From the NCBI GenBank assembly GCA_965221905.1, contig OZ244922.1, positions 3,264,001 to 3,328,000 of the forward strand: a stretch of 64,000 nucleotides of DNA. Direction: 5' to 3'. A program made the translations under genes and the position numbers. Origin of the DNA: Chloroflexota bacterium (GTDB taxonomy: Bacteria > Chloroflexota > UBA11872 > VXOZ01). Below, piece after piece: positions 10,547 to 20,447 of this stretch. Position 1 is the first letter of the stretch. Each line of letters opens with the position of its first letter. Under the pieces are notes generated by a model, which saw only the letters and a list, made by a program, of their open reading frames with translations, did no database searches and was not told where the DNA came from.

Positions 10547-11273
10547 TGGACAGTAGCTGTTCCCACTCTAATGCGTCCCTAACTTGATCCTCATGCAAAT
10601 CGAACATCTCTGCGAGGGTCGCCTCGTTGTCGCCAGCTTGATAGAGGGACCAAAGAGAACGAGTCTCAATGCGAGTGCCCCTAATGCACGGCGCTCCGAA
10701 CTGGATTTCAGGATCGATGAGCACAGTTGGCGATGGCTGCCATAGTGCGGGCGTTCCCCCTGACGTAAACATGAGACCATGGTTCGCAGGGGTTAGGAAT
10801 TCAGACATGAACTCCTCAATCGCAAGCTGGCCGTGTTTTGTTGCCGCAATGAGCTCCTTGGAAAATTGCACGAACACGTCCGAACCTGCAGTCCACATCT
10901 GCTCAGTAACGAACGGTTGTGGGATTCCGCGAAGCTCCCGAATATATGTCTCGGCTGTCACGATGTCCTTGTAGGAGATTCCCCGTGATCGTAGCAAGGC
11001 AATCATGCGCATTCGCACGAGATCAGAGAACGTAATTACCCGTTCCGTGCTGGAGACTCTCACCGGTTCCTTCCACTCCGTCCCACGACGAATCCATTGC
11101 GACACGTGGTAGGTGGTTGCTGCAATGAACTTGTCGTGCCGCTGTTTCCACTGCCAAAGGTCAATTGCCGGAGGAGGCGTGGTTGCTCTCAGCAGCACCG
11201 CAGTTTCTCGAATGGTATACACTCCCGCAAAGAGCTCAGCATCGGGATGTTCTAATCTCGAAATCTGTGTCAT
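10536..11273 (-). CDS. HTH + DUF433 antitoxin (VapB45-like)
   Basis: C-terminal IDPEIQFGAPCIRGTRI...V.DALEWE; N-terminal YTIRETA.LL HTH. Confidence 0.85.
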   Translation of the reverse strand: MTQISRLEHPDAELFAGVYTIRETAVLLRATTPPPAIDLWQWKQRHDKFIAATTYHVSQWIRRGTEWKEPVRVSSTERVITFSDLVRMRMIALLRSRGISYKDIVTAETYIRELRGIPQPFVTEQMWTAGSDVFVQFSKELIAATKHGQLAIEEFMSEFLTPANHGLMFTSGGTPALWQPSPTVLIDPEIQFGAPCIRGTRIETRSLWSLYQAGDNEATLAEMFDLHEDQVRDALEWEQLLSNAA

Positions 11274-11363
11274 GGCTCCATTTCTTTTCCCGGACGAGGG
11301 AACCCATTCATCGATTAATGGATGCTTGATGCCAGCCAGTTTGCCGTAACTCAGAAGATGAAA

Positions 11364-11729
11364 CTACTCGGCGCGGCGGGTGAGCAACGTCACCGCGTAG
11401 ATCAGTGCAATGAGCGGGACCGCCGAAAAGACCAGTGCCAGCCACCAGTCGCCACGCATATTCCCCGCCAGGATCGAAAGCGCGAGTGATGCATCGGCGA
11501 TCACGTTGACCAAGATAACTGCCGATCCGATCATGAGCAGCCGGCGGGGAGGCGCGTTCAGCACCACCATATAGAGGAGCACAGCCGCCGTAACCGGATG
11601 GATAAGCATAAGCGTGAGGCGCGACCAGAGGTCTCCTCCATCAGCAAAACCGCCCGTAAGGGCTGTCAATCCTGCTAAGAGGGCATGGATCACTCCCAGC
11701 GCGAGCACTACGACCCGAAACATCTTCAT
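11364..11729 (-). CDS. Hypothetical 4-TM membrane protein
   Basis: Four hydrophobic segments; RBS AGGAG. Confidence 0.65.
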   Translation of the reverse strand: MKMFRVVVLALGVIHALLAGLTALTGGFADGGDLWSRLTLMLIHPVTAAVLLYMVVLNAPPRRLLMIGSAVILVNVIADASLALSILAGNMRGDWWLALVFSAVPLIALIYAVTLLTRRAE

Positions 11730-12069
11730 GTTGGCTCCTGTACCTCGCTTTCTTCCTGCCGGTGATGTACGACGGCAGACAATTCGTGCATTTCATCCTG
11801 CTGCTGCTTGCGAGATCGGGCGCCGGCATAGGATTCCATACATCGCAGGAGAACCACTCACGTGCAAAGTGGCACGTCTCCACACGAACAGCTAGAGACG
11901 TATCTCCGGAAAATCAGGGCATTCCGGTCAAAGAGAGAGCCACATAAAGCCCAATTGTTGAAGGGCTATGGCGCTCGTGCCAGAGCAGTTTTGATACGCT
12001 GCCACGCTCTGGTATATAATGCCAGTCTTAAGTGCACTATACCTCTTTCTCCATGAAGGGTACAACCGT

Positions 12070-14151
12070 ATGAAGGCGTATGCGACGAGTTCAATTCGTA
12101 ATGTTGGGCTCTTCTCACATGTAGGCGCGGGCAAGACCTCTCTTGCGGAAGCGATGCTGTTTACTACCGGTGCAGTCAATCGTCTTGGCTCCGTAGACAA
12201 CGGCAGCACGGTGTCAGACTACGATCCAGACGAGGTCAAGCGCCAAATCTCTCTCAATCTTTCACTCATTCCCGTGGAATCCGGCGACGCCAAGATCAAT
12301 CTGCTCGACACGCCGGGCTACGCGGACTTTTCCGGTGAGGTAGCCAGCGCGCTCCACGTATCGGATGGCGCAGTGCTGGTGGTGGATGTGTCAAGTGGTG
12401 TGCAGGTAGGCACTGAGGAGTCATGGGAACGGATTACGGCAAATGAGCTTCCACGCTTGATATTTGTCAATCGTATGGATCGCGAGAATGCCGACTACTT
12501 TGCCACCTTGGAGAGCCTTCAGGAGTTCTTTGGCAGCAGTGTGGCGCCACTCCACGTTCCCATCGGTTCCGAAGACGACTTCAAGGGCGTGGTAGACCTC
12601 TTGGCGAACACTGCCTATCTCTACACCGAAAACGAAATAACCGAGTCCCCCGTTCCCGACGATCTTGAAGATACTGTCGAGGAGTACCGGCAGACGCTCA
12701 TCGAGAATGTGGTGGAACTCGACGACGCACTGACGGAGAAGTATCTTGAAGGCGAGGATATCACCGCCGAGGAACTTCAGGCCGCGCTTCACGAAGGTGT
12801 GCTCACCGGCCAACTAACACCGGTGCTGTGCGGCGCCGCAACCCGAAACGTCGGTGTGCAAGCGCTCATCGACGCCATCATCCGCTATCTCCCGTCACCG
12901 GCGGAGACTGCCGCCGCTACCGTAACCCATGCGGGTGAAGAGCAGGAGATTCCCCCTGATTCGGATGGACCGCTTGCGGCGTTTGTCTACAAGACCCTGG
13001 GTGATCCTTACGTTGGCAAACTCTCCTTTATTCGAGTCTACTCCGGCACGATGCGCTCAGACTCCCGAGTGTGGAACGTCAATGCTGAATCTGAGGAGCG
13101 TATCGGACAGTTGCTCTTTGTGCGCGGTCGCGAACAGGCACCGGCAGAGCACATCGCTGCCGGTGATATGGGCGCGGTGGCAAAGCTGACTCAGACACTC
13201 ACCAGCCACACGCTTGGCGAGCGCAAGCAACCGCTAGCGTTGCCGGCTGTCACGTTTCCACAGTGGCTCTTCACCGCCGCCATCGAGCCAACGTCGAAAG
13301 AAGACCTGGAAAAACTCAGCAGTGCGTTGGCCCGCGTTACAGAAGAAGACCCGAGTCTGCACGTTGAACGGCAACAGATCACCGGTCAGACACTCTTCTC
13401 AGGAATCGGCGAAACGCACATCAACGTCGCGCTGGAACGCATGAAGCGCAAGTTCGGCGCCGACGTAAAGACGATCCCCGTGAAAGTACCGTATAAGGAA
13501 ACGATCACCAAGACCGCAGCGGCGGAGGGCCGCTTTGTGCGCCAGACCGGCGGCCACGGACAATACGCGGTCTGCAACATTGAGATCGAGCCCACGGCAA
13601 GAGGAGAGGGCTTCGAGTTCGTGGACAAGATATTCGGCGGTTCGATCTCGGCCCCGTTCCGCGAAGCGGTGCACAAGGGTGTCCGCGAATCGATGAAAGA
13701 GGGCACGCTCGCCAGTGGCGAAGTGGTAGACCTGCGCGTGAGGCTGGTAGACGGCAAGGAACATACGGTCGATTCCTCCGACCTAGCATTTCAGATTGCC
13801 GGCTCCATGGCGCTCAAAGAGGCAATGGACAGGGCGAGACCGGTCTTGTTGGAGCCGATCTTGCAGGTGCGGGTACGCGTGCCGGAAGACCGCATGGGCG
13901 ACGTTATCGGGGACCTCACCAGCCGCCGCGCCAAGGTACACAGCATGGACATGGTGTCTCCCGGCACGATGGAAATCCAGGCGGAAGTGCCCCAGGCAGA
14001 GGTGCTGCGCTACGCCACCGACCTGCGCTCGCTCACCCAGGGACGCGCTACCTTTTTTTCTGAGTTCATAGGCTACGAGCAGGTACCTGCCAGCACGCAG
14101 GAACAAGTGGTTGAAGCGCACAAACGCGAGAAGGAAGAAGCTTCGGCATAG
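12070..14151 (+). CDS. fusA: Elongation factor G-like protein (EF-G2 type, outside the str operon)
   Basis: SHVGAGKT, DTPGYADF, NRMDR, QTGGHGQY and HTVDSS motifs. Confidence 0.9.
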   Translation: MKAYATSSIRNVGLFSHVGAGKTSLAEAMLFTTGAVNRLGSVDNGSTVSDYDPDEVKRQISLNLSLIPVESGDAKINLLDTPGYADFSGEVASALHVSDGAVLVVDVSSGVQVGTEESWERITANELPRLIFVNRMDRENADYFATLESLQEFFGSSVAPLHVPIGSEDDFKGVVDLLANTAYLYTENEITESPVPDDLEDTVEEYRQTLIENVVELDDALTEKYLEGEDITAEELQAALHEGVLTGQLTPVLCGAATRNVGVQALIDAIIRYLPSPAETAAATVTHAGEEQEIPPDSDGPLAAFVYKTLGDPYVGKLSFIRVYSGTMRSDSRVWNVNAESEERIGQLLFVRGREQAPAEHIAAGDMGAVAKLTQTLTSHTLGERKQPLALPAVTFPQWLFTAAIEPTSKEDLEKLSSALARVTEEDPSLHVERQQITGQTLFSGIGETHINVALERMKRKFGADVKTIPVKVPYKETITKTAAAEGRFVRQTGGHGQYAVCNIEIEPTARGEGFEFVDKIFGGSISAPFREAVHKGVRESMKEGTLASGEVVDLRVRLVDGKEHTVDSSDLAFQIAGSMALKEAMDRARPVLLEPILQVRVRVPEDRMGDVIGDLTSRRAKVHSMDMVSPGTMEIQAEVPQAEVLRYATDLRSLTQGRATFFSEFIGYEQVPASTQEQVVEAHKREKEEASA

Positions 14152-14342
14152 ATCCCTAAATGCATCTGACACGCGCTGTGCCACCAGCGCAAAACGGCAA
14201 CCAACTCCCTAGGAGGCCCGTACCACGTGCGGGGCATGCGTTAGATTGCCCAGGCCAACCGGCGACAAGACTCCTTCTCTATTGGGAGACCATCGAAAAA
14301 CCCTCGTCAGAAGCAAATGACTAACTCCCTCTCCTTGGGGAG

Positions 14343-14629
14343 TGTATAGAACGGGTACCTGGGTTACACATGTTCGGGCACATAGGTTACACCATAGAAC
14401 TTGGGAGTTTTCGTAGAATGCAATGTCCTTGCCTTGAAAGCTAGATCCATTCAATACCCTAGTGCACACGGTTTGTTTCTCTGGCACAAGCTGCAAGCTG
14501 AACATGAGCACGTTGTGTCGCCAGTTGCGTCTCAATCCCCGCCCAACCCAAAGCTCCCGTAGGTGTCAATCAGTAAAATGTGTAACCCATGTCCCCGAAC
14601 AACTGTTACCCATCTCCCCGGTCTGTACA
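14343..14629. mobile_element. Non-autonomous IS481-like MITE (287 bp) with 5-bp TSD GGGAG
   Basis: ~50-bp imperfect TIRs with TGT...ACA ends; GGGAG at 14338-14342 and 14630-14634. Confidence 0.8.
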
Positions 14630-14740
14630 GGGAGAGGGGCGGGGTGAGGGGAAATCTTCACTGTTCCAGCCAGAATCCGCGTGTTCGTCAGAGTTTCGCA
14701 AACATCTTTCGAGAGAGTGTCACACTTTTGGAGGTAGGGT

Positions 14741-15061
14741 ATGAGACCGGTTAACGTCGCACCGATTCTTTCGGAAGATTCGCTCTTTCGCATTGTTGCC
14801 GGCACAGCGCAGAGTCAGGTCGGCATACTCGTGCTGGGGCCCGGCGAGAAGACCGGCGGCCTCCACGCCAGCGATCACCCGCAGTCCGACCAAGTGGTCT
14901 ACATCGTTTCAGGAAACGGCGAGGCGACAGTCCGCGACCAAACAGCACCCCTCGCCCCAGGCGATGTGCTCATCATCGAAGCCGGCGACCCCCACGAACT
15001 CCGCTGCACCGGCGACGAACCCCTCCGCACGCTGAACGTCTATGCCCCGCCCACATACTAG
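14741..15061 (+). CDS. Cupin domain protein
   Basis: H...DQVVYIVSG.G and PGD...IEAG.PH motifs; RBS GGAGG. Confidence 0.85.
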   Translation: MRPVNVAPILSEDSLFRIVAGTAQSQVGILVLGPGEKTGGLHASDHPQSDQVVYIVSGNGEATVRDQTAPLAPGDVLIIEAGDPHELRCTGDEPLRTLNVYAPPTY

Positions 15062-15327
15062 ATAGCAGCGCAATAGCGGAAAACCCAGCAGCATGTTGAC
15101 CATCCCTCGCTCAGTAGTGCGAGGATTAGCCTTGCTGAGCCAATCCAGACAGAAGTAGCGCAGTTCCTTCTGTCCAAATGCCGGAGCATGACGATAGAAT
15201 CCATCGCTGCGGTCAAGCCCACTGTGTTCCTTGAAGCCATATCGCTATCGAACTGAATTCTAGTCCATATTACAATCGTAACGAATGGCTCAGAAGCTAT
15301 AATGGAACTGCCGGGGAGTGTGGTTCA

Positions 15328-16929
15328 ATGAGTGGGAGCACAACGCGGGACACGTCAGCGATTATGCGACGGGTCAAATCGCGCGACACGGCACCAGAGA
15401 TTGCTATCAGAAAAGCTCTTTGGTTGCAGGGGATACGGTATCGACTGCACGTGCAAGGCTTACCAGGCAAACCGGACTTGGCGCTTCTCAAGAAGCGAAT
15501 TGCAGTCTTCATTGACGGTGACTTCTGGCATGGGGGACAATGGCGAAAACGTAATCTTACGGCGCTTCACGAGCAGTTTCGGACCACCTCGACGAAAGGC
15601 TACTGGATGAGCAAGATCCGGCGCAATATGGATCGAGACGCAAGAACCACGGCGTCTCTATTGGAAGAGGGCTGGACTGTTCTGCGGCTTTGGGAAAGTG
15701 AGATCAAGGATGATCTAGCCGGATCAGTTGAGACGGTCGTAGATGTGTCCAGAAACGGGGCTGAACCATCGAACTTAGCCCTTTTGCCGCAGCGAACCGT
15801 CGCTGAGTTTTTTGCGGGCATTGGGCTTGTCCGCTTGGGGCTTGAGCGTCAGGGATGGTCGGTGAAATACGCCAACGATATTGCCCCTCAAAAGGAGGAG
15901 ATGTATACGGCCCACTTTGGGACCGACGCCGAGTGTTTGCATGTGGGCGACATTCATGAGGTTGATGCCAAGAATCTACCAACGGTAACACTCGCTACCG
16001 CTTCATTCCCATGCAATGACCTGTCACTAGCAGGTGCGAGAAAGGGCCTCGCTGGAAAGCAGTCTTCAGCGTTTTGGGGTTTCGTACGCGTGCTGGAGGA
16101 CATGGGAGGTCAGAAGCCGCCCTTAGTTCTTATTGAGAATGTGCCTGGCTTCTTGAGTTCGCACCAAGGTGAGGACTTTAGGCGAGCGCTCACAGCACTG
16201 AATCGACTAGGATACGCAGTTGACCCGTTTGTGATTAACGCTTCTCACTTTGTTCCTCAGAGCCGCGCACGATTGTTTGTGGTGGGTCGATTGTGGAAAG
16301 AACACCAGAAGCAAGAGACTAGCCTACTCCAAGACTCGGCCATTACTATTGCGCGATCAAAACAGTTGCTTTCGTTTATCGCAGCGCATCCTGAGATCAC
16401 GTGGAGTCTTCGTCCTCTACCAACCTTGCCTCATCGAACGCAAACCCTTGAGTCGGTCCTAGAGGACTTGCCTGACGACGCGGCAGAGTGGTGGAGCGAA
16501 AAGAGAGCAGTGTACTTGTTCAACCAAATGAGCGAGCGTCACCGCGTGATAGCAGACCGCATGATTAGCGATGACTGTTGGTCATACGGAACGGTCTTCC
16601 GACGGGTGCGCTATGGCCGATCCATGGCGGAATTACGTACCGATGGAATTGCTGGCTGCTTGAGGACTACGCTGGGTGGAAGTGGTCGACAAATTCTCTT
16701 TAAGGCAGGCCACGGGCGCTACCTCGTACGTCTATTGACACCGCGGGAATGCGCTCGCCTCATGGGAGCAGATGACTTCACTATCGACGTGCCGCTCAAC
16801 CAAGCGCTCCATGCTTTTGGTGACGCGGTGTGCGTACCGGTGATTGACTGGATTGCGGAGCACTATCTTAATCCAGTCGTGAATGAGTTCATTCGCGGAT
16901 ACCCCCTACGGCTTGCTCAAGAACCATGA
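15328..16929 (+). CDS. Vsr very-short-patch endonuclease fused to DNA (cytosine-5)-methyltransferase
   Basis: N-terminal MRRVKSRDTAPE, LPGKPD, FIDGDFWHG, GWTVLRLWE (Vsr). C-terminal FFAGIG, SFPCND, IENVPG, PQSRAR (C5 MTase). Confidence 0.9.
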   Translation: MSGSTTRDTSAIMRRVKSRDTAPEIAIRKALWLQGIRYRLHVQGLPGKPDLALLKKRIAVFIDGDFWHGGQWRKRNLTALHEQFRTTSTKGYWMSKIRRNMDRDARTTASLLEEGWTVLRLWESEIKDDLAGSVETVVDVSRNGAEPSNLALLPQRTVAEFFAGIGLVRLGLERQGWSVKYANDIAPQKEEMYTAHFGTDAECLHVGDIHEVDAKNLPTVTLATASFPCNDLSLAGARKGLAGKQSSAFWGFVRVLEDMGGQKPPLVLIENVPGFLSSHQGEDFRRALTALNRLGYAVDPFVINASHFVPQSRARLFVVGRLWKEHQKQETSLLQDSAITIARSKQLLSFIAAHPEITWSLRPLPTLPHRTQTLESVLEDLPDDAAEWWSEKRAVYLFNQMSERHRVIADRMISDDCWSYGTVFRRVRYGRSMAELRTDGIAGCLRTTLGGSGRQILFKAGHGRYLVRLLTPRECARLMGADDFTIDVPLNQALHAFGDAVCVPVIDWIAEHYLNPVVNEFIRGYPLRLAQEP

Positions 16930-17903
16930 CAAGCGCTAAAGCTGAAGAATCAGCCCTCGCGGCTATCAAGGCATGGCATGACGGACTGCCCGACTATTCA
17001 GGTGGCAAGGCGCGTGGCAGCATCGCTGCGGCACTGGTAACGCTTGAGCGCCTGAAAGAGTGCTATGATCTTGACATAGACGCTCACACTGCAAAGGGTG
17101 GAGCACAAATAAGTGGGCTTACGCCAGGACGAATAAAGAAGATTCTCGCGCATTTCGGTGAAGAGAGAAAGTACTTAGTTGAAGGAGGAAGAACGAACCG
17201 TGGCGCGCGAGGTGCGATGGGAACACTCCTCAATGCGCTAGAGCCTTTAGCAATGAAGGACCTTCGAGACTCAGAGCGTGGTCGCATCCTAGATGCCATG
17301 CAAGAGTTCCTCGTAGAGCGAGTTGTGGATTACTTTAACCGTCAGCGATTAGACCCTCCGTACGATCCGGCAGAGAGCACTTGGCATGCTATCCACCAGA
17401 TACTGCAAATAGCCAAGAAATCTGGGAAGTCCGGGCCCGTGGCTCAGCATCTTGTCGGGGCGAAACTGCAATTGCGGTTTCCTGACATTGAGGTACCGAA
17501 TAACCCCGCAAGCGCCGCCGACCAGCAAACGGGACGGGCCGGTGATTTTCAGATTGGGGATACCGCGTTCCACGTTACAGTTGCCCCGACGAGAGACAAT
17601 CTCTTTGAGCGAGTGAAGGAGAATATCCAGCATGGGCTGCGTGTCTACGTCTTGGTTCCTGACGAGAAAGTGACGACCGCGCGGGGATTCGCGGAAGAAC
17701 AGCTTCCAAGCCAAGCATCCCAGATCGCTGTGTGCGCGATCGAGTCGTTCGTGTCGCATAATATCGACGAACTATCCACGTTTGCGAAGGGCCAGCTTCT
17801 GCAGGGATTTCGGGCGCTCCTTGAGGCGTATAATCGGCGTGTAGACGCTGTGGAGTCAGATAAGTCCGTGCTCATTGACATTCCAGCAACGTTGCCGCAA
17901 TGA
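16926..17903 (+). CDS. DUF4928-family protein, putative restriction endonuclease
   Basis: GPVAQHLVGAKLQLRFP, ADQQTGRAGDF, FHVTVAP; ATGA overlap with the MTase. Confidence 0.75.
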   Translation: MTSAKAEESALAAIKAWHDGLPDYSGGKARGSIAAALVTLERLKECYDLDIDAHTAKGGAQISGLTPGRIKKILAHFGEERKYLVEGGRTNRGARGAMGTLLNALEPLAMKDLRDSERGRILDAMQEFLVERVVDYFNRQRLDPPYDPAESTWHAIHQILQIAKKSGKSGPVAQHLVGAKLQLRFPDIEVPNNPASAADQQTGRAGDFQIGDTAFHVTVAPTRDNLFERVKENIQHGLRVYVLVPDEKVTTARGFAEEQLPSQASQIAVCAIESFVSHNIDELSTFAKGQLLQGFRALLEAYNRRVDAVESDKSVLIDIPATLPQ

Positions 17904-17980
17904 TCATTGGAGTTTTCGCTCAGGCCACCGACTTTGTGTGCAAGCGCCCTTTCCTGTGGAAAGCCGGTAGGAGGCATGCA

Positions 17981-18163
17981 ATGTCAAGCGAGGAAGAAAG
18001 AGCCAAAGAGAATGCGCCTACGCAGGACCGCAATGATATCCCCTTTGAAAAAGGGTATCAGCCTGAGAGGAGCAACCTAGACCCCCGTAATCCACCTCAG
18101 GGTGGATCCGGCGTTCCTCCAAAATCACAGACTGGCACAAGCCAAGCTGAGAAAGACGATTAG
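17981..18163 (+). CDS. Small hydrophilic peptide (60 aa)
   Basis: AGGAGG RBS ~6 nt before ATG; EKGYQP...NPPQGGSGVPP. Confidence 0.5.
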   Translation: MSSEEERAKENAPTQDRNDIPFEKGYQPERSNLDPRNPPQGGSGVPPKSQTGTSQAEKDD

Positions 18164-18284
18164 GGACAGCAACCTGTATAGGGATCGTACGGGTCTTGCG
18201 AATTCTGGGTCCATGTTGGGATTGCCGATCCAGCGCAGTCATGAGTAGTATGGCGGTCTCAATTCCATTTGCCGGAGCAGGGCC

Positions 18285-19061
18285 ATGGAGACCTCCACCG
18301 CTGTCAAGCGCATCGTATGCCTTGCCAACTCTCGCAAACAAAAAGAACGCTGTATCGCCGGCAAAGAACTTTTGTCGGATGGGCGCCCCGGTGGGTGGGT
18401 GCGGCCCGTCAGCGACCGAGGGGATGAAGCAGTTAGTTCATTCGAGCGGCAGTACCGGGACCACAGCGAGCCGCGCGTGCTGGACGTTATCGACGTGCCG
18501 GTGCTTGAGGAGCGGCCAAACTCGTACCAGTCGGAAAACTGGCTGCTTGACCCGCATCCAGTTTACCCGCCCGTCTTTTGGAGTAAAGTGTGCCGCGTCA
18601 CCCTGGATGACTTACCACAGTTCACCGACCCGGCGGGGCCGCTATGGATTAACGGACACAGCAGCAACAATGGACGGAACGACAGAATCCCGCTCTACCT
18701 TGCCAATTCCCTTGATAGTTCTTTGCGTCTCATCCAGGTTGACCGGTTGGAATTGTCCACGACTAAGGCACAGTCCAAGCTAAGAGTGCAGGGACGCTTC
18801 TTGTATAAGCTGCAGGGGCGTTTCCGGTATGATGGAGTAGAGTTTCGGCTGAGCGTTACCGATCCCATATACGAGCAAGCGTTCGGAGAACGGCCCAATA
18901 GCAGCTATAGGCTTGAAGCCTGTTTCCTTACCATAAGCCTCGGCGGGCCGCACAAAGGCTACGCCTACAAACTCATCGCCGCCATCATTGCGCCTTCACA
19001 ACCAACTGTAACGGACTCTCCCATCGAGAGCACAGCGCAAATTCCGTTGTTCACCCATTAG
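18285..19061 (+). CDS. Dual OB-fold domain protein, copy 1
   Basis: KRIVCLANSRK...CIAG, WVRPVS, YQSENW, LSVTDP, LTISLG...YKLIAAII. Confidence 0.8.
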   Translation: METSTAVKRIVCLANSRKQKERCIAGKELLSDGRPGGWVRPVSDRGDEAVSSFERQYRDHSEPRVLDVIDVPVLEERPNSYQSENWLLDPHPVYPPVFWSKVCRVTLDDLPQFTDPAGPLWINGHSSNNGRNDRIPLYLANSLDSSLRLIQVDRLELSTTKAQSKLRVQGRFLYKLQGRFRYDGVEFRLSVTDPIYEQAFGERPNSSYRLEACFLTISLGGPHKGYAYKLIAAIIAPSQPTVTDSPIESTAQIPLFTH

Positions 19062-19110
19062 CGCATCGATGTGAGCGAAATAGTGAGATAACCAAGAAGA
19101 GGGCATATGC

Positions 19111-19797
19111 ATGGCAGATGCCGCCGCAAAACGCATCGTGTGCCTTGCCAACTCACGCAAAGAGGGCGACCGCTGCATCGCGGGGAAAGAACTCTTGGCG
19201 GATGGCAGTCCCGGCGGGTGGGTGCGGCCCGTAAGCGACCGTGAGGATGAAGCGGTCAATGAAAGCGAGCGGCAGTACGAAGATGGGGATGAGCCGTGCG
19301 TGCTTGATGTTGTCGATGTGCCGCTGCTCAGGGCGCGACCGAAAGGCTACCAACAGGAAAACTGGCTGCTGGATCCGAGCCAACGTTGGAAGCGAATTCA
19401 CCAAATTGGGCCGGATGCACTACAGGATTTTGCTGAACCGGCTGAGCCGCTCTGGGTTAATGGCTACCACACGAATTACGGGCGGAACGATAGGGTGCCG
19501 CATGACCGCGCCAAGTCGCTGGATAGTTCGTTACGACTTATACGCGTCAGCGCGCTGGAGCTCGACGTGTTTGCACCCAGGATAGACGTTGGTGACTTTA
19601 AGCGGCGGATCAAGGGCCGGTTCCAATATACTGGTGAGGAGTATCGGCTTTGGGTCACCGATCCTGTCTATGAAGAGGCCTACTTGAATCGGCCAAACAA
19701 CACCTATACGGTCGGCGATTGTTTTCTTACGGTGAGTCTCGGTGAGCCTTACCAGGGATTCGCCTACAAGCTCATCGCCGCCATCATTGCGCTTTAG
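19111..19797 (+). CDS. Dual OB-fold domain protein, copy 2
   Basis: Close paralogue of 18285-19061 with the same motifs. Confidence 0.8.
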   Translation: MADAAAKRIVCLANSRKEGDRCIAGKELLADGSPGGWVRPVSDREDEAVNESERQYEDGDEPCVLDVVDVPLLRARPKGYQQENWLLDPSQRWKRIHQIGPDALQDFAEPAEPLWVNGYHTNYGRNDRVPHDRAKSLDSSLRLIRVSALELDVFAPRIDVGDFKRRIKGRFQYTGEEYRLWVTDPVYEEAYLNRPNNTYTVGDCFLTVSLGEPYQGFAYKLIAAIIAL

Positions 19798-19811
19798 TGG
19801 AGAGACATAAC

Positions 19812-20447
19812 GTGAGTGCAAAGCACCGTTCAGTGTTCACCATCGGACACTCCAATCACGAGTCAGACGTGTTTGTGGCGTTGTTGCGGAAGCACGGTGT
19901 GAACGTGGTGGTGGACGTCCGTTCAGCGCCGTACAGCCGCTACCTGCCCCACTTCAATAAGGAATTTCTGACAGATTCCTTGCAGAAGATCGGCATTCGC
20001 TATGACTTCCAGGGCAAGGAACTAGGCGGACAGCCGTCTGACCGCGCGTATTACGACGCCGACGGGCGTATCATGTATCACGCACTGGCGGAGACCGACG
20101 CGTTCAAGCACGGCATCGAGCGCACTTTGGCGAGCGCGGCTGCAGACCGCATCGCCTTGACGTGTAGCGAAAAAGAGCCGCTGGACTGCCACCGCACGTT
20201 GCTGATCAGCCAGGTACTTGTGAAGCGCGGTGTTGCCTTGGCGCATATTCGCGCAGACGGACACCTGGAGAGTCACGACGACGCTATGAACCGCTTGCTC
20301 GACTCATTCGAACTGCCGTACAACGGTGATCTCTTCCGCTCCCGTGAGGCGGTAATTGATGACGCCGTCGCGCGCCGGGCGCAGCGGGTCGGCGCGCGCT
20401 TGCGAGATCCGTCCGCGGGCGGCGCTGATTGGGGGCGTGCGCTCTGA
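19812..20447 (+). CDS. DUF488 family protein
   Basis: FTIGHSNH, VDVRSAPYS, ELGG, CSEKEPLDCHR. Start may be 19797 or 19812. Confidence 0.85.
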   Translation: MSAKHRSVFTIGHSNHESDVFVALLRKHGVNVVVDVRSAPYSRYLPHFNKEFLTDSLQKIGIRYDFQGKELGGQPSDRAYYDADGRIMYHALAETDAFKHGIERTLASAAADRIALTCSEKEPLDCHRTLLISQVLVKRGVALAHIRADGHLESHDDAMNRLLDSFELPYNGDLFRSREAVIDDAVARRAQRVGARLRDPSAGGADWGRAL

